The position numbers and the translations under genes were made by a program. Below the pieces are notes generated by a model that made no database searches, was not told where the DNA came from, and worked only from the letters and a program-made list of their open reading frames with translations. Positions 24,301 to 36,300 of a stretch of 64,000 nucleotides of DNA are shown in pieces. Numbering within the stretch: the first letter of the stretch is position 1; the number at the start of each line of letters is the position of its first letter. This DNA comes from Pocillopora damicornis (Eukaryota). The stretch is taken from positions 124,001-188,000 of the forward strand of contig NW_020846229.1 in the NCBI RefSeq assembly GCF_003704095.1, written 5' to 3'.

Positions 24301-27300
24301 CTCACTGATCTGCTTTCGTGGCTCCAAACAACTCTTCTATGTAGGCATCTAACACGGGTCTAAAATGGTGATACTTTTTGTCTGCCAGCAAACTGATAGT
24401 AAAGACCTGGTGAAAATAGAAGAACTCCGTCGCTAACAACAAGCCCTGATCTGTAGGCGGTGTCAAAGTAGTTTGAGTTTCCAAGTTTTTTGGGTCGTTT
24501 TCAGTTTGCCTGAGTGTAGGCACAGATAGACAAAATGGAAAATAGGATGATTCTGAATGAAGAAGATCACCAAGGATTTAAAAAACCTGAGACATTTTAG
24601 CAACACTTATTGATGTCCAACAACCGTGGGAAAAAATTTAGAATTTCAATGCCTTTTTAAAACTTTTGGCCAACGTCTGTGTGGTTCTTTAAAGTGATAA
24701 CTCAAGGAGTATATGTTATAAAAGTACGAAGTAAACTGAAGTTAAGGTACTAACAAGTAGGGGGTGACAGCTTTTGAAAGTACTCCCCCATTACTAGCGA
24801 ACTGACAAGACCCTTCAACTTACCAAGGCGTCAAACACAAGCCTGTCATACTTGTGCGCATGTTCCATAAGAATTGCAAAGAGTGCATCAAACGTATCTG
24901 TCAAGAACTGAAAATAAGACAGTCGAAGTCGAGTCGAATTTCAAGAAAAAATAAAACAAAAGCGACAATTCTTAGTTCACATAGTTTTGGAGTCGCACTA
25001 CCTTGCGACCAAATGAACAAACTCGAGATTTTTTNNNNNNNNNNNNNNNNNNNNNNNNNNNNNNNNNNNNNNNNNNNNNNNNNNNNNNNNNNNTAACAAG
25101 ATAATTTGGTTTTATCAAATGAGTTGATAATGTGAATTGGCCACCGTAGAGAGATTACTAAGACGTTTACAGCGGTAGCCATTTGTCAGAGCGAAGATAG
25201 GAAGGGCTAACACTCAAAACGTCAGCTTTATAATTTCACTACAACTCAGTTGATAAAACCAAATTATAGATGTTTTGTTGGCTCCACCTCATTTAAGAAT
25301 AAACTTACTGACAAAATATAAATAACAAAAACATACATAAATAAATAATAAATAAATAAATAACAAAATCACACTCTGATCCGTCAGGACATCATCAAAA
25401 ATTCATAAATATGACCCTGCTCAGATCTCAAGGCCTGCGATATTTCAAAAAAGGCCTCTGTATCTTCCTGGCAAATTGGATGACGTAAAATTGTTTGAAA
25501 CAGTCTGTGCACAAACCTTAACGATTTCTTCACCACTGACTTTCATCACAGTAATCAGAATATCTTTTAATTTTCCAACCATGGAATTCCACTTAAGCAG
25601 TCCAAGAAGATCAACTAGCACACGAAAAAGATGAATCTCATTACAACATGAGCAAATAACAAACAAACAAACACCAAAAAATTTGTTGCCTGTCACAATT
25701 AAAACTGGTGACTTTCACAACCTAACAAGTGTTCCTCTCAGACATGAGTGGCTTTCAATTGAGTGTCGAAAGTAAACCGGGAGTGCATTGGCTATGCTTC
25801 ACCACGGTGTTTGATTGGTCTAGAAAAATCGCATCACACTCTCAACCAATCAGGAGCAAAACTGAAACTAACCGCGACTGGAGTAGCCTTTTATTCCCGC
25901 GCTTAATGAAGTTTGCTTTTTTCCACTTTAAGAATTCGAAAATTCATGATTAACTACATATCATCAGATGAATTTCTAACTCACCGTTTTGGGTCAATTT
26001 GGTTGAACAAAGAAGAGTTTCAATTTTCAGTTTGTCATTTGTCGCTGTGAATGGCATATTACTGGTTTTCACAGGAAGAACATCATCTCTCTTGGAAGGT
26101 AGATGGAGATACTGCTTAGGATGAGGTACCTTTCCATGATCATTCTGTACAAAAAAACACGCAATAAGAGATTTTGAGCGAAGGTTTTCTCTCCCAGTAG
26201 CCTGAACAACAAGCACAATGTATGTTGTTCAGGCGAGCGAAGGTTCGCAAGGCGCAAAAAACACCTCCTCCTCTCGCACGTGTCTCGCACTTCGCGTTTG
26301 CCTTGCACTCGCTTTGCGTTTACCTCGCACATGCCTCCGCTCCCCCTGCAAAACGCTAAAAATGCAGGCTAATTGCTACCNNNNNNNNNNNNNNNNNNNN
26401 NNNNNNNNNNNNNNNNNNNNNNNNNNNNNNNNNNNNNNNNNNNNNNTCACGAACAAGCTAATCTACTTCCTTCTAGAGCCTCTCTTTGGGAGTTACACCA
26501 TTCTCCCACACGGAAGCCTCTTAGTGAAGAAGAATTGAGCGAGAACGAGGCTGGATGCAACAGATCATTCTTTCTTTTCAGTTCATGGACAACTGAATAC
26601 AGCGTGGACAATACTCTACCCAAAGCTATTTCTACACATGTCTGTATCATCACAGGTCATTAAACAGGTTTATCAGACCACACAAATAAAGGGTACATTC
26701 CTAAAGAAACTGCGGTGCTGCGTCGACAAGATAATACGTTTATCAACTTAATTGATAGCATAAATTGGTCATCGTAAAAAGTTTCTAAAGCTAACGTTTC
26801 AAGTGGAGTTTTTTTTCAAGTCAAGTTTTTTGTCAAAGTGAATTCGCAAAACTCAGTTGATAAAACCAAATTACCCTTTATCAATCAATATCCTTCCAGC
26901 TTTAAACTCTGGCTTCTCCCTTAAGATACATGTATAGTTTTCATAACAATTCTAGAAATTCAGGTACGGTACAGGGGGAATTAACAAAAAGCGAGGAATG
27001 AATAAAGAAAAAAAACCGAAGAGCTTTAGTAACAAGAGCATCTTCCCTGACCTTGTAGACCAAAAGCTCGTGTGTACCATCCTGAAGAGTAGTCCCGTCA
27101 TTATACATGAGCCGTGTATGTGAAAAGGCAAAGCACTTTTGAGTTCTGTCTCTCTCTGTTTTGAGATAATGTGCAAACATGTACAAAGGTAACATAAGTA
27201 ACACCATTATCAAAATTATCCTACACCTTTTAAAAGGAAATTATGGGGATTTAGGTGAAAACGGACCCTCAGAGTTTCAGGTTTAGCAGTCTTATCGGTA

Positions 27301-30300
27301 AGAATGACAAGGAAAATACAGTTATCATTGACAAGTTGTATGGTATGTTGAATGGAAAGAGGTTAAGCTAAATTTAGAGACAGAAGAACTTTATTAGTAA
27401 TTATATCACGTTACATGTATGTACCTTCGTTGGCAGACCTGTGTTTAAACATAATCCTGACGTGTGAATTTTGGAACTGTTCGATCGGAATGACCAACTG
27501 AAATACAAATAAATAAAAATTACACAGGGAAAGCTACAATTGAGGAATATCAAGCTACTCTATTCGAGGCCAGTGCCCAAACTAACGGAGCTGGTCCTCG
27601 AGGCACGAAGTAACAAGTAGCATAGCCACTCCTCCTCTATTGAGTGCTGGGTCAATCCAACTCAGCGGTCAAACGTCTGCGCGCTTATTGAAGGCTGACC
27701 ATTTGGGGTAAATTCCTATACTTACCTTAATAGTCTCCACCCATTCTGGTTTCCCAACATGGTAAAATATAACTGAACGATATTCACTGACAGGATTCTC
27801 TCCAGCACCAATGCAGATCACATTCTGTATGAAAGGAGTGTAAGCATTATTTTTTTATCTAATTTATAAGTGAATCAACACTTACGTAGCAGGTATTAGC
27901 TTACGCTGTAAAAATGTACGGAATTCAGGCCATTAATAAATCATACAACAAAAAAATCTTACAGCATGTATCTATTAAATCTCTCGATCTGGGGAAAAAG
28001 AAACGTTTAGAGTTGAGCATGTGGACAGGACAACAGACTGTTTAAGGGTTCTTAATCATAACCATTACAGTTTCTCAAATATGATTGGTACATTAGCTGC
28101 TATATTCTTCACTAATCATTTGGTACAGTTGAAATCCGACAGTAATTGGACAGTTGGCTATGATCGGACACCTGTAATTAGACAGTTGAAGCAGCCAATC
28201 ATACTTAGTCTACTCAGCTAAGTCTACCAATCACAGTATTGATCACAATAACCAAAGCAACAACCAACTATCCTTAGAAAAAAAATGGGGAATTTCCAAA
28301 ATGGAGGAATTTTTTACATTGTCTATACTGCAGATGTTTGTCCTAAATGTATTTGTTTTCTTCGGAAATTGTAACAGTTATGATTAATTGGTAACAGGAC
28401 TTTGTGTCATCCAATTCTGTCGGTAATCATACTCATGATCAACAAATCAGACTCCTACTTGTGGTCATCCAATTTTGTTAATCACTCGTACAGACTGGAT
28501 TGGTCTTATTACCATTATACATTGTATCTGTTCAGTGTATGGTAGAAACAATCAAAGCTGACCAAAAGAAGCAAGCATCACAACATCAATGTAATGAATA
28601 CCAGCACTGACATTGTTTATCACAGTTGTCTTGAAAAATAAATGCTATTTTCTGCTCATCAAAGCAAAAACATAGACACTAAGTTATATAGTGCTTGCAC
28701 ATTTTTTAAGTGTTTATTTTTTAAGTTTATGTTTCATGATGAATACAATCTTTGGTACTGATGAGTGATTACCTCAAGAGTTGTGCCATCATCTGACAGA
28801 ACATGCATTGTGACCTCGATGTTCTTATATGCTGTCTTTTTACCTGTAAGAGCATTAAATGTTAAGTTTACATGACTTTCCACCATTTGTGAAAGAACTC
28901 AAGATAAGATAACTGAAAAACAATTTTCTTGAACCTGTTGAAAAACTGGGAGGTTCAAAGCATCAGATCATTGGCGATATGATCAACAATGAGCAACTGG
29001 TAAGTAGAGGTTTTTACTGGTTGCAATGTCATCCATTTTGCATTCTCCAACACTAACAATTATACAGGTTTTTGACAACGAAAGGCCATTCAGGTTTATC
29101 TTGTTTCTCCACTCCTTAAATTTTGGCCATAATCTGAATTTTTAACAAGTAATTCTCATTTGGTCTTGGTATACTCACCTTTCTCAAATTCTCCAGAGTG
29201 AAGGGTAAGATATAAGTCATTTCGAAGGTCACCTGAAAAGAAAGAAACACATCAAAATGTAATGTAACAAAACAGCTGTAGAACACCAGAAAGATGTAAA
29301 GTACCAACTGTATGAAGCAGACATTTAACATGGAGCATATTCCAAAGACATTAATAATTAAATTAATTTGAACAAATTAGCACAGTCTTGTTATGTACCT
29401 CTCTGTCAAGATTGCTCTTCTCTAGTTCATAATAGCTTCCTCATGTGTACTACCATGTCTTCAGGAAGGAGCATGGGGCCTTTATAAAGTCTAGTTCTAA
29501 CAGTTATTACCTTCAATTGCTTCATGCTTGTATCTATCACATTAGTTTAACCCTTTAACACCCAGAAGTGATTAAAATGCCACTTCTCCCCATAATATCC
29601 ACATGTTTTCTAGCAAAAAGGTAATGAGAATACTCTAACTTATCAAGAAGAGATGGTTGTCTTGATATACCACCAAATTCTTGTAACTAATTTACAAGGA
29701 AATGTGTACTAGCTGAAGGGGAGAATTGACAATCAGATCTCTGGAAGTAAAAAGCCATTGGTGAAGTGAGGTCTCATTGGAACAATATCAACAAGAGTTT
29801 ATAGCAAATTCTCACCTGGCATGATAACCTCAGGAAAACCATGTTTTCGAGCAACAGCTGTTTGTTTGTTTACAAGAAGTGGATATTCTTCCCTTATCTA
29901 AAAGAACATCATCATTCATGATTATTTGCTCCAATATTCACAAGTGTTTTTCCAAAACATTGCAAAAGTTTGCGACAAAATATCTTATTAAAAGACTCCA
30001 TGAAAATGAACTGCAAGATGACAGGGGAAAAGACATAGTGTCATGATCGATGGAATATTGCAAATACACAACATGAGAGAACTAAATATCTTTATATACA
30101 TATCTTTATGTGACCTAAAAGGTCACATAAAGATATGTGCCTGTAACAAAGGCAAGAAAATTTTGTTACAATGGTGTTCTTTGGAAATCAAAAAAATGAT
30201 CCTTGCAGATGTGCCATATTTTATGTAATTGCAGAAAAGAAGCATAAAAAATTCAAGCTTTGACAAGATTTGAACCAGTGTCTTTTACAAGTTAGTTTAG

Positions 30301-33300
30301 GACAACTACAAACTAAGCTAGGCCACACATTGAGAAAAAGGAAAATTTTAGAGGGTTCATCTTTCCAGTAAAGGAACTTTGTCAGTCAACATGGCAAAGG
30401 CATCTTAAGAAACTAATAAATTTTTTTTCAAATTCTAAATGTATATGCTGTATCTCTATTTCCCGGTAACACTTCCCCTGATCTTCTTACCTGTTCAATA
30501 TCTCCTGCCATAAGTTTTAAAGAGATGCAAATTCCTTAAAAAAGAAAATGTGTAAAGGTCAGAATAAAACAAAAGTCAAATTCAATTGAATATTTAGTCT
30601 TCTATAAGTTTTGGATAGCTTAAATAACAGTTCTTACAATATCATAAGTGGTTAATAATATTCCATGATTATGCATTCAAAAACCGTTAAAAATTAAGGA
30701 ACCTCTATTGAGGCAGTGGATACCTTGTCCTTTTAGGCCTTCTTGTGGCTGAGAAGTCATGCGCTTTATCCAAGAATTAAATGAAAATGATTGATTATCT
30801 GGAAGGCTGAAAATCATTTGGTAAAAATAAGTAACTTGCAAATGTTTTCTGAAAACTTACAATGTACTTAATTGAAATATTGGCAACTACATGTATACCT
30901 TACAGAGAAATAATTAGTAAAGCATCAACAGTGTGGGAGGTAATAATAAGCAAATTTTAAAAGACCATAGAGTGATCCACAGTGTTCTTAATTTTCAGTT
31001 GAAGAGATTTAACTTTTTGCAAACATTTCCTGCCAAAACTACAAAGGAGGCGAAGAACAATCACACTTACAGAAGTAGTTGAAGGAAATGTTCTTTTTCT
31101 TCGTCATATTGGGCAGTGCCTTTAAACAAGTCCTCAATGTTCAATACTGAAGGATTCAACATGAATTTCATGAAATAAGTAATAATCACTCATTAATTAA
31201 CCTGGTTTCAAGGCCAACAACATTGGAATTCAGCCACCATGTGACAGTATATTATACTGCTACAGCTGTACATGGCTACTTTATGGACACAATGTTAAAG
31301 TGTGTTGAATACATAACTTACACCCTATGCCAAATGGTCTTCTCAGATTGTGTGTGAGCCTCTTGCTGTCAGTTTCTTTGATATCCATACGTCCTGCAAA
31401 AACACAAAAAAAGTCAGATATACAGACTTGGAAATTCTTTGTTTGAAGGTCATAATAAGGGTTCCTTTGCACAATAATAAGTTTTCCTCTTTTTTTGTTG
31501 TCATTGTTTTTTTTTTTTGTTTTTTTTTTTAAGTAAACCATATGCATGTTGCTGAAAAGTAGATAGTGCTAGAACCCAAGTTGAATGGCTAATTCCCTCC
31601 TAATTTACCTCTGTCATCTTCAGTTGACCTATAGAACCAGAGTAATAGAGCAAAACACCACTAACCCTTCAATAATCTGGTCACCATCCCTTTTTTTAAC
31701 TTCCCAATTTTCCCCTTACATCCCCTTCCATCCACTGTATCAAGTTGTCAAAACTTTCCTTCTGTACAATTATACAAGCTACACAATTTGTCCTTAGCCC
31801 TAGAAAATACATGGTACTGTAGTTATTGTTAACAAAAATCCTCTCAATATAAATTGTTGATAACAAACACTAACCAACTCTGACAATCTGGCAAACAATA
31901 TAAACTGGTTCACGTTTTAAGTCCTTTGCTCCTAAATCCTAAGAACAAAAGAGGAAAAATTTAATTTAATTTGTCTTCACAATCTATTTCATCTTAGGTT
32001 AATAATTTCATACTAGTTTGATTTGAATTTCCCTTTGTTTCCCTTTGTTTCCCTTTGTTTCCCTTTGTTTTATCACAATCTCTAAGCCAAGAAGTTACAA
32101 CCCAAACTTCATTAACAGTATAATTTGGTTTGATCAACTGAGTTTACTTGATAAATATAAATTGGTTGATGTTTCCAAAGTGAATGAATCTGTCATTTAC
32201 TCTGACAAAGGGATGACACTCAAAATATCAGCTTTAGAAACTCTATATGGTTGCCAATCTACATTATCACGTGAACTCAGTGGAAAAAAACCAACACCCC
32301 CTCCTCCAAACCCCACCCCCCCTACCAATCCAGCTCCACAGTTTCTAAGTAATTTCAATCTGCAATTTAAAATAGTAAATCTGAAGTTTGAAATAACTTC
32401 AGTCGGAAACTCAGTTAAAGATACAGCACTTATGAGTATTTTAGTAGTTTTTTTTGTTGTCTAAAATAAATTTAAAATAATACTAGTTTTTTTTTCTCAT
32501 TTCTCAATCTTTTAATTAATAACATGACAATAGACCCACATGGATAAATAAATTTACCAAACTTTGAAATAAATTGAATAAAAGCTCCTAAATCAGACTT
32601 GTAGTGGTTTGACTTACTGTGAACAGTACAGTGAGGTTGTGGAATCTTTCAAGATCTTTTGGTACTCCTGCTTTATCCAAAGACACCAAGTACTGCTCAC
32701 TGTTTCAAAACAAAAGTGTTGAAAAATCTCTTTTCTAAATACATAATTTAAAAGGTAAAAAAGGGAAAAAATTTTTGAATTAATCTGCAACTTTCAATCT
32801 TACACAAGAACTCACAAATTATACAAAGTGATGCACATTGAAATCTACAGTTGAAATGTTTCTTACTGCCCTATCCAGTACATTTAAATGCTTTTTAAGT
32901 CACTAATAATCAATTTGGTTCACCACAGAAAGGTTCTCACCTTATGAAGCGTTCTTCTTTTGCATCGTAGAGTGAGAGAAACAGCTGTGAATCATCAGTG
33001 ATGTTGCACACCACAGCCTTAACGTTGGCAAAAACACTATATGTTGTGTAAAATGCAACTTCTTTCTTTGGTGATTCAGCTATTGACTACCAAAAAAAAA
33101 CAACAACAATAATCAGCGCAGCCTCGAGTTTACATCAACTACAGTATGCAATCTGGAATGGGGTAGAATGAAATAAATGGTCATGCTATGTTGGGTTTCT
33201 AACAAATATTCCATGTGGAAGCAAGGTTTAATCATTTGAAAAAACTATTTTTGTCTCCGTTACAGTGACTTCAGATTCAAAACTTACCGAAGACTTTATT

Positions 33301-36300
33301 CTGTTTGAGGTGCTGATATGCTAAAAAAAATCAATTGAAAGGTCCATTACTTTGAATCAGGACATCTGCTATTTCAATAACACTACTAGCATTTGCCACT
33401 ATTTAACTAACACTCACCTCTGCGTGATTTGTTTGCACTGAATCCAATGTAGATCAAAGTATTCTGTATTTAATGATTTAACTAATATAGTTATGCAATG
33501 AGAATCCATAAATCAGAGAGAGAGCCAGTGAGGTTTGTTAATTTTGCTAACTCAAGCCTTTTAGCAAGTCCACCAGTTGTGCCTTTTCACTGCTAATCTT
33601 TGATGTAATTTCTCTAATATATATTAGACCAACTATGAAAACTCTGATCGGTAAAGAGCATACAGTCACTAGGCAATTATTGGATGAGGTTAAGCATGAT
33701 ATCATGAATTATCAATGCAAGGTATAAAACAAGGTTTCATAATTCATGATATCATGTGAAAGCTAAATTCAATAATTGTTTTATTATATATTTTTTTAAA
33801 CAATATGCAAAAGAAGACACTATCTACATAGTGTTGTCACACTACATAGACAAGGGGCTTGGAAACTAGATGGACTTTGAACTTGACATGATAACTAAAT
33901 ATCTGCACCAGAAATTGGGTTATCATGTCAACTTCACACACCATTGTATATTGACTTTATACTGTAGACCAATCAGAGTTTTCATTTGAAGTCTTAAGTT
34001 TAATAGTATACAATGGTATGTGAAGTTGAATGCAAATTGTTTAAAACAAGTGCAGTAAAACAGTAATTGAATTCAGTTTTCTCATAATACCATTAATTAT
34101 CAAACCCTGTATCTGTGTGTACCTGCCTCAGTCTTTAGCTTTAGCAGATGACTCAGACCTTGGCACTGACAATTCATGACATCATGCTCAACCTCATCCA
34201 ATAATTGCTTAATATCTACAGGGATTTATAATCATGTATATAGTAAACCAAAAGCATTTCAGTTGTCCTTTAAACTGGGCTCTGTGCCAATTGGCAGCAT
34301 TGAGGTATCAGAACATGACAAATTTTTTGCTGAATAACTGGCCAATAACTTACCCGTCTATAAAGTTGAATGGCTCCTGTTGAATCAGGATCAATTATAT
34401 TGCCCTCAGGATCACGTACCACAAGATCCAAGCCTAATGTCCTGTGAAACAGGAAAAATATAACAGTGTACAAGCAATGTTAAGTCTGAACAACCTTGTT
34501 ATGGATTATGTAGTTTGACTCATTCAGCTCCCAAGGCTTTCCGAGACCTCCTCCTGGATGGCGGAATACCAGGGGCAGGGATGTACTACGTATCCCAACA
34601 AATGTGTCTGGGGATGCAACCTGACTATTTGCTAATTATTTTATGATTATTTCAACTTTTCAAGTAAGGAGTCATGCAATAGTTGATTAAACTTACAAGT
34701 ATAGAAAGTGTCTTATCCAAGAAAACCAAATGATAAATCTTATCCCCCACATAAAGAATCATCACACGATCCACAAACCTGTTTCCATAATCTATTGTTT
34801 GAGTAACTCTTTGCTTTAATTGTCTCAACTGATCCTGGAAGATGAAAAAGCATTTTAATTGCTATACAGGAATATTGTAAGCACTCACTACCCTGAAGTA
34901 TGATTATATACCTTTGGAAGTGCCTTAGCTAAGATTTGTTTTCTCCAGTCCATTAATTCCAACATCAGGTTTCTCACTTCATGAAAAAGCCTGTCTTCCT
35001 TTCTCTGCAATTTAAATTCCAAGAAGAGATTTCACAACAAGAATAGTACAAAAAAAAAAACCACAATATTGTATTACAAAAAGTTGGGTATAATTAATAT
35101 CAATTAGCAACTGGACTCTGCATGGAGAGGTCTGGATTCAAGACCTGGCTGAGACATCATGTTGTGTTCTTACTAGGTAAAACATTTTAATCTCACAGTA
35201 CCTCTCTCAACCCAAGAGTATAAATGGGTACTAGCAAATTCTCAGGGAAACCTCATGAAATGCTAGAGGGTCACCTTACAATGGACTAGCATTCCATGCA
35301 CAAGGAGTGAATTCCTCCTTGTCACTTTACAATAAGAAAACCTGGATAATGTCCAGTCTGATGGGCCATTTGGCTCAATTAAACACTCTACCCTTTTTTA
35401 CCTTTTTAAAGAAATACCATATTTATCACAAATTACCAAATAGACTTGTTTCCACATGGCTCCCCATTCTCGCAGAACTGAAGTCAATTCTTCAACCAGA
35501 GCCTCTTCCTTAAAAACACTTTCTGTGCCACTGAAAAATAAAATTATATAGTGATCAGAAGTTTGTAGTACAGCTGTATTTGACCAACCAGTACCCTTGT
35601 AGCATCTTAGTTATTCTACAACACAAAACAATACCTTGAGGATTCATCTTTAGCATCCTTGATATAAATATAGGAGATTGGGAAGATTCCCTAGGATAAA
35701 AAAGGAAAATTTTACTAACAAATGCATTTGTATAAAAGCATAAATTATAGTCCCTGTTCCAACCTTTTTTGCATTTGTGGAATTGATTAAAAACTAAGAA
35801 AGAACTCAGTTGGCATTTATACCCTGGCATGCACAATTTCAAAGTTTGTTTCATTTTTATTGTTCAATTTCAGGTGCCAGCTCATTGGCTAATTCAAATT
35901 GTTTAAATTTAAAGATGTGATATTTTTTGTCACGTGTTCAAAAAAAAGTGGATATGAGATTTTTTAGTTGAACTGAAGTTATATTGTTCCTTCAGCATTT
36001 AAAGGGGTTTATTAATCAATTTTACTGATTTTGAGGCTGTTAGGAAGACTGTCAGAACAGTCCCCATACTTCTTCCTCAATGTTGTAATGTACTGGATAT
36101 TGCCAAAAAAGGCATTGAAAGCAAAGGATATGATGCAATATTTATGACTGCAGACAATTCAAAAGGACACAATTTATGTGTTTCTCCCCAGTGGAATTAT
36201 CACACATTAAAAAACTGTTAACTATTACAACAGACCTTAGCAGCTTTGTTCCTTAATGAAAATCCTCTGTACCATCCTGAGTACATAAAAATATATCATG

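Noticed and set aside
29399-29425. Possible DOCK micro-exon
   Set aside because: The flanking exons already join as the conserved MPG-DLRND sequence.
30535-30723. Donor GTATCCAC resembling a U12 5' splice site
   Set aside because: It lacks TT at +7/+8, and the acceptor has a normal polypyrimidine tract with no TCCTTRAC branch site; treated as U2.
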